Shown piece after piece: positions 12,960 to 25,059 of a DNA stretch of 64,000 nt (positions are counted from its first letter, which is position 1; every line of letters begins with the position of its first letter). The notes beneath the pieces were generated by a model, which saw only the letters and a list, made by a program, of their open reading frames with translations, did not search any database and was not told the DNA's origin. Source of the stretch: Schmidtea nova (lineage: Eukaryota); the NCBI GenBank assembly GCA_044892505.1, contig CM097882.1:232562001-232626000 (forward strand), read 5' to 3'. A program made the translations under genes and the position numbers.

Positions 12960-13480
12960 AAGTTTGCATTTGTTTTGCTAGATATGTTCTTACTAAGTCA
13001 TCATTTTGGAAGATTGGACATGACTATTTTTGGCTTAATATTTCTTGTTCACATGTGTTGAAATAAGCCAAATCCACTCAGAATTTCTGCGTAAGACCGT
13101 ATTAATTTTTATACTTTCCGTAAAATCGTTCAGTCTTTCCATTGTCTTGGGATGTTATGCACTTATTCCTCTGTGCTCAATTCCAAAATTTGTGCAAATT
13201 CGAGAAAATGATTTTGAATTGCCGACAATTGTCGCTTATCTGAGTTATGGATAACGAAATTGTGATATCCATACTTTAGAATTGGCATTTATGGCACTTG
13301 TTTGTATGATGCTTTCCTATTCCAGAAATTTGGTTCATGATGACTATATATATTATTGTTATGATGAATTTTAAATTTTGTGTTCAGGTTTAAGTCCAGC
13401 AACATCAACGTGCAGTTTTCGGTTCCCGAAATTCGGAGTACTTCCTATTGGTGCCTTGATGTGTTTGTGAACTATTAGCT
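12960..13480 (-). pseudogene. Degenerate LTR-retrotransposon integrase (rve) remnant
   Basis: Across frameshifts: RKLHVDVAG, ITQISDNCRQF, FGIEHRGISA*HP..NGKTERF. Confidence 0.6.
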
Positions 13481-13901
13481 CACACTTGAAACTACAAAAA
13501 TAAAAAAAAGTCTTATCTAAACTTTTTGTTAAACTTAGACAAATCAAGAAATGTGTTTGTTTCTATGCCATTTACGAAATTTTCTGCAATCTTTAATCAC
13601 TTTTACAATTTTAGTGGTTGGTATTCAAAATCATTCTGGAAGCAATGATCATTAATAGAAAAAAAATCGTTGCTTGAAAATTGGAAAGCAATTTTGTGAA
13701 ACATGCCATTTGTAATCAGTACAAGAAATATGAAAGATAAAGAATAGAAAGGTTTATTAAGTTATGTATAAAATTGATGGTTTTACATTTTATTTATTGG
13801 AATGAAAAAAGCAATATTTTGATAGTGATGTTTATAATCCTATGTATAATTATCTCTATCCTTCTCCCGCATTTTATGATAAGACTGAAAATAATTAAAT
13901 A

Positions 13902-14000
13902 AATTAATAAATAAGTAACAAACTAAGCTTTTGCTGCAAGAACAATTTTATTAAGTGAGAATATTTTCGATTATAAAATAATCCTCGTCAATCTCAATTA
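13902..14000 (-). repeat. Solo PLE family-1 tail with hammerhead-like motif (13957-13995)
   Basis: Close reverse-complement match to about 8860-8960. Motif GAGA-TTGACGA-G-GATTA-tttta-TAATC-GAAA-ATAT-TCTC. Confidence 0.65.
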
Positions 14001-14486
14001 TATCAAATATAGTCGCGCTGGACACAAGTTTGATTTGCATTTCAAAAATAATATTAAAAGATTAAAAATTTTGATTAATAAAAAAAAATGTTTTATCATT
14101 TTAAATATTATCTACAAAATGAAATGTTAGTCTGAAGTGACTTAATGTTTACAATTGTCATTCCAGTGTGAAATTAACAGTAAGTATTCAATAAAACAAA
14201 TTTATTCTATACATTTATCAGAGGCGTTCAATTTGTTTTTAGCTTATTTTCAATATTATTCGTTGATTATAGTGTATTTAATATGTAATTTATATTTTCG
14301 CTAATGACAAAATTATTAAATTATATTTTGTTTAATTATACTGCAAATGGATAATGACTAACAGACCACTAATATTTTAATAAGCGATAATTAAAATTGT
14401 AATCATATGATTTGTATATATATTTAATTATATATTTTTGATCAGAACGTCTTAAGTGATTTCTTGGAAATTATTCGTTCCATTTT

Positions 14487-14610
14487 ATGAATGCTCAAAT
14501 TTTCAAATATAAAGTGGTTGTTTTGGGAATGGAAGGAGCTGGAAAATCCTGTCTTCTTAAAAGATTTTTGAATAATAATTACATAGAGAATTATCATGCA
14601 ACAATAGGCG
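14487..14610 (+). CDS. Rab5-like GTPase gene B, exon 1
   Basis: MNAQIFKYKVVVLGMEGAGKSCLLKRFLNNNYIENYHATIG, then a phase-1 GT donor at 14611, the same intron position as gene A. Not in the ORF track. Confidence 0.85.
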
Positions 14611-15393
14611 GTTAGTGGAATTTATTTTATGAACAAAATAAAAATTATTAGGATTTATTAATCTGTTATTTTAACTAAGTCATTTAATTATAATATTTTT
14701 TTCATTTAAATTTTTTTCATTAAAATATAAAATTTTGCTAATATTGAAAAATAAATAAATTTATAATAATTAATTAAAGAACTTTTTATTATAGCTGATT
14801 ATCTTCCTTATAAACACAAATTTGAAAACCAAGAAATTCATCTAGAAATATGGGATNNNNNNNNNNNNNNNNNNNNNNNNNNNNNNNNNNNNNNNNNNNN
14901 NNNNNNNNNNNNNNNNNNNNNNNNNNNNNNNNNNNNNNNNNNNNNNNNNNNNNNNNNNNNNNNNNNNNNNNNNNNNNNNNNNNNNNNNNNNNNNNNNNNN
15001 NNNNNNNNNNNNNNNNNNNNNNNNNNNNNNNNNNNNNNNNNNNNNNNNNNNNNNNNNNNNNNNNNNNNNNNNNNNNNNNNNNNNNNNNNNNNNNNNNNNN
15101 NNNNNNNNNNNNNNNNNNNNNNNNNNNNNNNNNNNNNNNNNNNNNNNNNNNNNNNNNNNNNNNNNNNNNNNNNNNNNNNNNNNNNNNNNNNNNNNNNNNN
15201 NNNNNNNNNNNNNNNNNNNNNNNNNNNNNNNNNNNNNNNNNNNNNNNNNNNNNNNNNNNNNNNNNNNNNNNNNNNNNNNNNNNNNNNNNNNNNNNNNNNN
15301 NNNNNNNNNNNNNNNNNNNNNTGGATATACGGATATACATTTATAATGGATAATTGCCCAATTCATAAGGTTGCATCCGTTAGAAAAACAAGG

Positions 15394-17049
15394 TAAAAAA
15401 ATCATTTTGTAAAATAAAAAAATCACTTTGTAAAATAAAAAAATCGTTTTGCAGAATAAAAAAATCACTTTGTAAAATAAAATAATCATTTTGTATTTTA
15501 AAAAAATCATTATGTATAATAAAAAAACCACTCCGCAAAGAAATATTTTAGAATGTAAAAGAACAAAATATTCATAAATGCATTATTAACATAAACATCT
15601 TTAACTATTATTTAATAAATTTAATACTGTAATATTAAATTGAAATCGTTCAATATAGTGATTTTTAAACCCATATGGCTACCTACACACCCCGTAAAAA
15701 ACAACTATCTAGCCAAAGCAGAGCGTCGATATGTCAAAAATATCAGTCCGGCAAATCCATAGTGACAATTTCTCGTGAACTTGATCTCCCATATAAAGCA
15801 GTAGCAAATATAGTGCGAATTTTCAGAACCAGCGGAAGAATATACGCCAAGAAAACGAGAATAGCCAAGATTCCACTGATTTCAGCCGAAAATAAAGAAT
15901 TCATCAGGCAGAAAATTGACAGAGATGTTAGCATCACGTTAAATCAGTTGCAGGATCGATTGAGAGTTCACAAGGGTGTCTCGGCGTCATTGTCAACAAT
16001 AAATAATGCCATACTGTCGTTCTCTTATACCCTAAAACGCGTGAAATTTGTTGCGGAGAGAAGCCAATCGACTTCAATTACGGAGGCCCGGTTTCATTAT
16101 GCCAATGAATTTTTACTGTTGAATGAAGAAAAAGTTATTTATTTTGATCAATTTGGAATTAGTGTTTCAACACGGGTAAAATATGGGCGATCATTAGTCA
16201 ATATCACTCCCGTCAAGACTATAAGAGCGATACGATCGAGGAATTATTCGGTATCAGCGGCAGTTACGAAAGCAGGGTTGCTATACTACAAAATGATTGA
16301 CTCCGCATACAATGGCGAAAGTATAACATTGTTTTTGGAAGAGTGCATGCAAGTTATGAATGAAAGAAACATGGACGGATATACATTTATAATGGATAAT
16401 TGCCCAATTCATAAGGTTGCATCCGTTAGAAAAACAATTTTGGCTGGAGGGCATTCAATTTTATTCCTGCCACCGTACTTTCCGCAACTCAACCCCATCG
16501 AGGAGGTTTTTTCGCAGTGGAAATTGCATGTTAAGGAAAGAAATTGTAATAATGCAATTGAGCTAGAAGATGCTATAAACACGGGCTTTACTATTGTAAG
16601 TGTTTCAAATTGTATCGCATATTTCAATCATATGAGGTCATTTGCTATCAGGGCAATGAGAAGAGAACCGTTCGAATAAATAATTTCGTTTGACTTCTTC
16701 TACAGTTTAAATTCCGTTTAAAATCTCAACCTGAGTTGTATTTTATTATATTATAAAGTATATTTTAAGTGTAAGTAAATTATTGAGATGTGATCTGTAT
16801 GTCCTCCTTGGATAGAAGCACATTTGTGAGTCATCAAATACATTACTGTATTATTGTATCTATTGCATTAAGTTAATTAATGTATTTTTGTTTCATATAA
16901 TAATATATGTATTATACCTATTGATTTAATTATACAAAGAGAGTTATTTATTTCACAAAAAGATTTTTTTATTTTAAAAATTGATTTTTTTATTTAACAA
17001 AATGATTTTTTTTATTCTACAAAATGATTTTTTTAAGTTGTAAACCCTG
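15394..17049 (+). mobile_element. IS630/Tc1-like DD34E transposon with tandem-repeat-containing TIRs
   Basis: Right end ...aagttgtaaaccCTG|TA. About 21-bp repeats (aaaataaaaaaatcactttgt) at 15394-15525 are mirrored at 16957-17049. The outermost left TIR bases are missing. Confidence 0.8.
15675..16679 (+). CDS. IS630/Tc1-like transposase, 334 aa, uninterrupted
   Basis: N-terminal HTH; catalytic YFD / MDNCPIH / NPIEE with D-34-E spacing. Confidence 0.9.
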   Translation: MATYTPRKKQLSSQSRASICQKYQSGKSIVTISRELDLPYKAVANIVRIFRTSGRIYAKKTRIAKIPLISAENKEFIRQKIDRDVSITLNQLQDRLRVHKGVSASLSTINNAILSFSYTLKRVKFVAERSQSTSITEARFHYANEFLLLNEEKVIYFDQFGISVSTRVKYGRSLVNITPVKTIRAIRSRNYSVSAAVTKAGLLYYKMIDSAYNGESITLFLEECMQVMNERNMDGYTFIMDNCPIHKVASVRKTILAGGHSILFLPPYFPQLNPIEEVFSQWKLHVKERNCNNAIELEDAINTGFTIVSVSNCIAYFNHMRSFAIRAMRREPFE

Positions 17050-17172
17050 TAATAATAATAATAATAATAATAACAAAAATAATAACAATAATAACAATAA
17101 TAAGCTTGCACTAATAGACTAAATACATAATTTATTATTTCAAATTATTTATTTCAAATAGTATTTTGAAAA

Positions 17173-17212
<40 letters not shown>

Positions 17213-19859
17213 TTCTTTTTAATTTAATTTAAATTTAATATATTTAGAATGGTGATATGAAGTGTAATGAAAAAAATTAAACTTTAAAATTTGTGCCTCG
17301 AAGTCCAACATAAATATACACTAAAATTATTGAGCATGTGAAAATATAAGTTAAATTATATGAATCCATAAAATTATGCAACAAATAAATATTTATAATT
17401 ATAGATGTTTTTTATAAGTCATTTACGTATTTTAATTGCGATTTTAATTTTTCACTTATGAGGTATCATAAATCGAAAAATTTATCTATCAGCACTTAAT
17501 AATTCCAATAATCACATTTTATAAGGTAATTAATTAAATTGGTAAAATATCCGGAATTAAAATTCAGTATCTGAAATCAAATACTTTAAAATCTAATAAA
17601 GGTAATTTAAAAATTGTAACAATTACGGAAATGAGAAAACAGAAATCTTGTCACATAGTCCTCAATACTGAAACTTCATAGAGATAGTTCGTTATATTAC
17701 AAGAAAAATTTTTATATCTAGATCAGAGAGGCAACGTAAAGTTCGTCAAATTATGTGAAATGACCATATTTAACCAATACAACAAAATTTATATCCTAAA
17801 AAATTTCAAGGCTAACTGCATTTAAACATTTTAAATTAAAATTTATCTTTAAGGATTTCAAAAAATTCTAATTTTTAATTTTTTTTTACATTTTTATGAA
17901 TATAATAATAAGGTAACAATAGTAAGCCTTCTCTGCAATGTTTATTTAAATGAAATATTTCGATCTTTAAAAGATCTTGATCACTCCAATATGAAATTCT
18001 TTCCAATTGACTTTTCACTTCTTTCTGGATATTTTCTTTCTTCTTTCTTCTGATATAATGTTCTTTATTAAAACAAATTAAGATTTATTCTTGAGATATT
18101 AAATAAAATTTTAATTTTAAACAAAATTTAAAATTATTTTTATTTAATAGTTTTCAGTAATTAGATCGTCCTTTTTTAAAAAAAATTAAAAAAAATCATA
18201 TAGAGAGTCAAAGTCCTTTAAATTAAAAAATGCTCTTTTTTAAATAAAAACATTTTAAAAATCAAAAAGAAAATTGCTTTTCCATTCAAAAATTAGAATA
18301 ATTCCTTCATAAAAAAGCTCCTTTAATGAATTCTAAAAAATAAATTTCCCTTTGAAATTTAAATTTTTTTATTTAAATCTTATCCGTAGCTATTTCGAAG
18401 ACGACGTTAATCTGGCTCAAGATCTTTTAAAGATCGAAATATTTCAGTTAAATAAACATTGCGGAGAAGGCTTACTAATGTTATCTTATTATTATATTTT
18501 AATAAACTCTGCTAACGACAAAACAATTTGTATTTACTTTTATGAATGTTATGTTTGAATTAAAAAATGAATTTATGTTTTAATAGTAAGGTGATAAAAC
18601 ATTGACCATTTATAAAAATTATAAATTATATAAGGTTGGGACCGGCAAAAATTAGAACTAGATAAGAACTTTTAAAAGCTCCGAATAGTCCACTTGCCTA
18701 AAACATATATTAAAAAGTTTAACAAATGTTTTGTTTCCAATAAAAATTTAACATTTAAATTTGAGAGAAAAATCGAAAATAGATTTAGCCAACAATAATT
18801 AAGCTGTTCAGGACAAACTTACTGAAGTTCAGTTTTTTTCTCTAATTCGTCAGAGGATTGATTCTTTAAACTTTATTTATCTTTAATAAAAGAGATTAAT
18901 TCTATCGTTTTTTGGATACCAAATATCAATAGGTTATTGATAACATAAAAGAAAGTACTGCATTACTGTTGAATCTCTCTCTCTCTCTCTCTTATAGTTC
19001 AAGAGAAGTGTCAAAAGAAGTTGTACTTTAAATCAGACTGCTCGTATAGATTTATTATATATAATCAACATTTGGAAGTCAACGCTTTGATGTAGTGACG
19101 TCACGCTATTGACCTCGGCTGCACCATAGAGACCTGTTTTATATGGCAACAACTATTGGTTCGAAATAAACGACTAAAAAAATAAAGTTTATAGTAAATA
19201 GTGATAAACATATGTCAGAGTCTACATCAGGTCTACATAACTTAAAAAGTGTTAAAGGCAAAAGATTTCAAGGAAAATAGTTGAGAGCCAAATGGGTAGT
19301 TAATAGAAAAGTCTGTAAATGATTTAAATAAGAGAAATAAAACATGTTTAAAAATATTTGATTAGTAACATTCATACTTATTAATTCGTGTTTTTTACAT
19401 TATTTCGAATTCTAGAGATGTTCTAGTCGTTCGCTGAACGACTAAACAATTTTTAGGATTTTTATTCTATTTCTAAAGATTTAATTATTGTACACATAAT
19501 ATTTTCACAATGATGTGATTTCGAAATCTGTGAAAAAATCCAGAAGAGCGGACTTCATCTTTAAAGAATGATGGTAAACTTTGCCGTAATTATAATGTTA
19601 ACGTGTCTTTGGTTAATTAATAGATTGATGAAGTTGCGGCAAGCTTTAAATATATTTAAAATTGAATTTTTATCAGCATAAAAATTATAGTTTTTCTAAT
19701 ATTATTTTCTTAATTAATTATTATTATTATTATTATTTTAATTATTTTGGTTCATCAACATCCGAAGCAGAACACCTTGAAGATACCCTCAGGTCGTATG
19801 TTCTTCAGGTCTGGTCAAAACTTTGCTAATATTAATAATGCACTTTGGACAGAAGGCTT

Positions 19860-20100
19860 ATATTCACTAATGAAACTAATGGTTACTGATCTTCATTTGA
19901 CTATCAATACATATGTATATAACTTTATTCTTCAAAGAGAACATCATCTATCATTCGTTTTTATATTATATTCGATATACATTGAGTATACAGAATCGCA
20001 AAAACAAACATTTAACTCAATAAAACAAAGATTTCAAATGTTAAACGATGCGGTGAAAGTTATGTCTATAAGTAAACTCCGTACTAATTAACCCAAAATA
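19860..20100 (+). pseudogene. Possible highly decayed PLE RT C-terminal fragment
   Basis: Weak motifs across frames: FTNETNG, YSSKRTSS, QKQTFNSIKQRF, KLRTN*P. Confidence 0.3.
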
Positions 20101-20231
20101 CATTCGATTTACCTAAATAATATTCTTAAAGACGTTATCAAATTGTACAGTTAGACTTTACTTGGAAAACAATATATTCAAATAATTTTTTTAATACACT
20201 TAAATTAAATTCATTTATAAATGAGTTTAAG

Positions 20232-20431
20232 GTCAAGAAAGGTTTGACAGCATGACTCCGATATATTATAGAAACGCAGATGTGGCAATCGTTGTATATG
20301 ACGTTGCAAATGAGAACAGCTTTGGAAAAGCTCAGAAATGGGTTGATGAATTATATATAAAGCTTCATAGAAAAACCCTGATAATGTTGGTGGCTAATAA
20401 AATTGATAAAGAAAGAATGATATCAACTATG
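20232..20431 (+). CDS. Rab5-like GTPase (probably gene B), internal exon
   Basis: AG acceptor, phase 1. (G)QERFDSMTPIYYRNADVAIVVYDV...WVDEL...LVANKIDKERMISTM (G3 and G4 NKxD). GT donor at 20432. Confidence 0.9.
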
Positions 20432-20473
20432 GTAGTCTTTATGTATTGATATTTTAATTTTGTAAATGTGTAG

Positions 20474-20567
20474 ATGGGTCAGAAATATGCTACAAAAGAA
20501 AATATCAGTTTTTATGAAGTCTCTGGAAAAACTGGCCAAAATGTTCAAGCATTATTCAGTGAGATAT
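20474..20567 (+). CDS. Rab5-like GTPase (probably gene B), next exon
   Basis: Follows a 42-nt GT-AG intron. MGQKYATKENISFYEVSGKTGQNVQALFSEI (G5 SAK-like SGK). GTAAG donor at 20568; terminal exon uncertain. Confidence 0.85.
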
Positions 20568-21685
20568 GTAAGACCATTTATAGAGATTGAAAAAGTTATT
20601 ATTAAAATAGATTTAATAATAAACCGTTTGCTCCCTTCATCCTAATACTCCCCAAATACTTTATGCTCCCCCCTTACAATTTTATTTTTATTTTCTTGAT
20701 TTGTCATCATTCCCCTCAATGAATCTTTAAGTTCTATAGCTCGTTCAATTCCAATAAAAACATCTCTAAAAGTGCCTAATATTGATTTACAATAAAAATT
20801 TGTTTTAATTTCTCAATAAACTCCTTGATGGATTTTAAACAACTATAGCTTGTTTGATTCGAAATAATCCTTAAATTGACAATCTTTTAAATGAACAATT
20901 GAGCACATTTTTCTTTAAAAAAATAAAAATTTTCCAGTATATGATACAATAATTAAATCAATTCAAAGTATTTATTAATAGAATTTCCATTTTTTAGTTT
21001 ACCAATAAAAGCAATCAATTTCAGCAACTTATTTAAAACAAATATTATAACAAGGAAAATCTACAATTAGGAAAAACAAGAAACGCAGGAAGAAACGAAA
21101 AGACAATTTGAAAGAATTTCGTATTGGAGTGATCATATAGAAATATTTCATTGAAATAAACATTTCTTAGAAAGACTGACAACTTTAAAATATTTTTTAA
21201 TAATTCTTTAATAATTCCGCTTTCGAAAAACGATAAAAATTTTATATTTATATTAGCCTTAAATAATCTTCATAAGTTGTTTCATAATAAACGACATCTG
21301 AACCAACTAGCGTATCATTCTTTATCACTTTTTAAAAAAAATTCTACAGATAAAATCCAAATAATAATATTTTCATATTATTATTTAAACACATTTATGA
21401 GATTTTAAATATAAAAATGCATAAAATCTTAATATATAAATGTTTCCAAACGAANNNNNNNNNNNNNNNNNNNNNNNNNNNNNNNNNNNNNNNNNNNNNN
21501 NNNNNNNNNNNNNNNNNNNNNNNNNNNNNNNNNNNNNNNNNNNNNNNNNNNNNNNNNNNNNNNNNNNNNNNNNNNNNNNNNNNNNNNNNNNNNNNNNNNN
21601 NNNNNNNNNNNNNNNNNNNNNNNNNNNNNNNNNNNNGCAATGATTTAATTATAGAAAAACGCCAACTCAGTAAATTCAACATAAA

Positions 21686-21724
21686 CGCGATATATTTCGA
21701 TTGTATAACAATCTTCTTCAGGCG
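21686..21724 (-). ncRNA. Minimal type I hammerhead ribozyme motif (inverted copy)
   Basis: Reverse complement of 23087-23125. Confidence 0.7.
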
Positions 21725-22139
21725 GCAATCAGGACAATCAATAATAAAATAGAAAATATGCTAAATTTAAACAAATTAATCAATAAAAATCATCTCCATA
21801 CCATATCAAAATTTTAATTTAAAATTTATTTTATTTTATTACATAAAAATTTTTTAAAATTTAATTAAAAACAAACATTATACATAGAACAACATACGTA
21901 TTATTTTAAAAATAAAATAAAATTTAATAAAATTTTAACACAACATAAAATTTACAAATTTTAAAATTTAAAAAAATTAAAATTTTTACAAAAAAAACAA
22001 ACATAATTATACCACAAACATAATCCGCAACATTCAACCTTCAGTTACTTAAACACATTCAAAATATCAGTGGAACGGGCAACTTGATCATTTATTTTTG
22101 GATTAAAATATCTAATCAGCAATGCCTCACAAGTTACTC

Positions 22140-22764
22140 TAAATCTTTTCTTGAGAAAATGACAAAAGTGACCGTGGATAAGTTAATGTTGAAATCTGAT
22201 GATGTTGGTATGCGTATGTCTGAATCTGAGGTACCTATTGATCCTGATGAAAGTACTGTGTTAATTTCGGAAAGTGACAAAAATCGATCTAATCGCACGG
22301 AGCCGAAATATGTGTTGGTATTGCCTTATTCTGAGGGCTTCAGAGAATTTAAGCATAAGATTATCAAACATGTAGACAAGGATCAATTTAGGATTGTTTC
22401 CACGTCTTGCAAAGTTAGCAGTATGTTCACTAGTAAATGTCCAACGCCAATTGGTTTGTGTTCTGAGCTCGTGTATCAATTTTCATGTAATGGGTGTAAT
22501 GCCACATACATTGGAGAGACTGCCCGTCATCTCTGCACCAGAGTTCTTGAGCATTGCCGACCAAAAGGATTGACTAATATTAGTGATCATTTTAGGAAAT
22601 GTGTCAGTAAAAAAATAGGTATCTCTGATTTTAAAATTATTTCAAAGGGTTTAAGTAATTATTGGGAACGAGTAACTTGTGAGGCATTGCTGATTAGATA
22701 TTTTAATCCAAAAATAAATGATCAAGTTGCCCGTTCCACTGATATTTTGAATGTGTTTAAGTAA
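22140..22764 (+). CDS. PLE linker + GIY-YIG endonuclease (truncated, open)
   Basis: YVLVLPYSEG...LVYQFSCNGCNATYIGETARHLCTRVLEH...EALLIRYFNPKINDQ. The first codons of ORF 22084 come from the inverted segment. Confidence 0.9.
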
Positions 22765-23086
22765 CTGAAGGTTGAATGTTGCGGATTATGTTTGTGGTAT
22801 AATTATGTTTGTTTTTTTTTGTAAAAATTTTAATTTTTTTAAATTTTAAAATTTGTAAATTTTATGTTGTGTTAAAATTTTATTAAATTTTATTTTATTT
22901 TTAAAATAATACGTATGTTGTTCTATGTATAATGTTTGTTTTTAATTAAATTTTAAAAAAATTTTATGTAATAAAATAAAATAAATTTTTAAATTAAAAT
23001 TTTGATATGGTATGGAGATGATTTTTATTGATTAATTTGTTTAAATTTAGCATATTTTCTATTTTATTATTGATTGTCCTGATTGC

Positions 23087-23125
23087 CGCCTGAAGAAGAT
23101 TGTTATACAATCGAAATATATCGCG
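23087..23125 (+). ncRNA. Minimal type I hammerhead ribozyme motif
   Basis: CGC-CTGAAGA-A-GATTG-ttata-CAATC-GAAA-TATA-TC-GCG: full core, 5-bp stem II, palindromic ATATAT stem III, AUC triplet, 3-bp stem I. Confidence 0.7.
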
Positions 23126-23157
23126 TTTATGTTGAATTTACTGAGTTGGCGTTTTTC

Positions 23158-23162
<5 letters not shown>

Positions 23163-23238
<76 letters not shown>
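23163..23238. repeat. (TA)n microsatellite
   Basis: Direct reading. Confidence 0.95.
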
Positions 23239-23242
<4 letters not shown>

Positions 23243-23499
23243 GCGCGACACGTTTATAATTCCATTCTAAAATAATTTTTCATTGACTAATAAATTACTT
23301 CGGTATAGCATATTTTTCGAAATCTATTAATAAAAGATGACAAGTTCTAAACAACTCTTTTAATAATTTACTATTCAATAAATGAACAATTACTGATTTA
23401 ATGCTGTTAAATTTAACCATTTTTTGAAGTGTGACATCGAGCTAAATCCTGTTGAAAGATTCCCTCACCATTTGGCTACCGCTTTTTTCATTTCTGGTA

Positions 23500-24397
23500 A
23501 CATTAATTCGACTAATATTGGTTGATACTTCTCGCTATTCATCATTCCAGTCACTGGAACAAGTGGCCCTGTTCCATAATATGAGAAACGCCCCCAGAAC
23601 ATTTTTAAGAGGGTGTTTGGTAGCTTGAAAAATGTGTGAAGAATTCAGTCTTTTATTTCCCTTACGAATGAAGAGAATCTTCTGGCCTTGCACGATGAAG
23701 TGACTCTCATCGGAAAACAAAACTCTTTTTCAATCTTCTGCTGTCCAATTTTTATATTTTTTTGCCCATGCAAGTCTCTTGACCTTCAATGCCATTGTCA
23801 AAAGTTGTTTCCTGACAGGTTTCTTAGCTGGTCTTCTTGCTTCAAGGAGTCTTCGACTAACAGTCATGGGAGTTACGTGCACACCAGTTTCAGCTAATTC
23901 TCGAGCTAGGTCTACAACAGTTTTACGGCAATCATTTCGACTAGAATTGAGTAATCGTTGGTCATCTCGTTTACTTGTCTTCCTTTTCACGTCACATTTC
24001 TTCTTCCTCTTGACTGAGATGTCTTCCGACTCCTCATGGCGTTTGATGATTCTATTGACTGTAACTAAACTTACTCCAACCTCTGATGCTATGTCTTTTT
24101 GAGTTTTAGTGGTATGCTGAGACAATGTTACTATCATTACTCGTTTATTCATTGATACATCCGTCTTTGTAGGTACGGTAAAAATATCAAAATTTTACAA
24201 CTTTTATTCTAAACAACAAAAATAAGAAAAAAAATCACTTAACCGATCACAAAACACCTGCTACACTCTGCGCAACGCTCGCTAGACTGTGCTAAGAAGT
24301 AAAATACTAACAGCGTTGCCATTACAAATAATAAAAATGTTGCCAAAGCTAGAAATACAAAAAGATTTTTTTGTTTCAATTATTCTGTTCGATACTG
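23500..24397 (-). mobile_element. Tc1-family transposon, 5' half (pseudogene)
   Basis: TA|CAGTATCGAACAGAATAATTG end at 24397. HTH ORF 23730-24152 then *KRVLFSDESHF...MFWG; 3' part absent. Confidence 0.8.
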
Positions 24398-25059
24398 TAT
24401 TTATGATTAAAAATTGTTAAATAATATTAATGATGACACAATTTTATATTACCATGTAACTGTTTAAATAAAAATTAATATTGCATTTGAAAAACTATCA
24501 GATAATACTTGCGGAGATCCAATGTGTAATTGTTCTATTGATTACAAAATGAATTGATTAGACAATGAAGATAAAAGCACGTAGATAGCACATAAATAGA
24601 AGCAAGAAGAAAAATAAACGTATGTTCAATTCTTGCATCATCCGTTATTTCTTGCTTAACTTGTAACGTTGGACTTCTCATCTTTGGTGCAAAGAATGCT
24701 GTGTCTCCAAAACATCCACATCCTTTACTCTTTCTAAGCATGCATATTTGTCTTGTCTGCGATCTGGTTATTATTCTCCTTTTCTCTGGTTTTTTTGTCG
24801 CAGTTTTTTCTACTAGTTTACATCTACACACGTCTACATATATCGGTCGAACTAACGGATTGTTGACTAATTTTACCCGGATATTATTTTCGCTCACAAA
24901 TATGACTTCATATGGTCATACACAAAAGCACGATAGACTCCTTTAAGTACCAATTACAAATTATACAAATTATAAAAATTATAACTAATTTTGAAAATTT
25001 ATAATGTAAAAAAATAGATGATAATTTGTTATAATTAATAGAGTTAACAGTTAAATTGA

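Larger units (their letters stand above)
21649..23162 (+). mobile_element. 5'-truncated Penelope-like element (family 3) with ~490-bp inverted pseudo-LTR
   Basis: 21649-22139 is the near-perfect reverse complement of 22670-23162. GIY-YIG ORF in between; 3' end runs into (TA)n. Confidence 0.9.
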
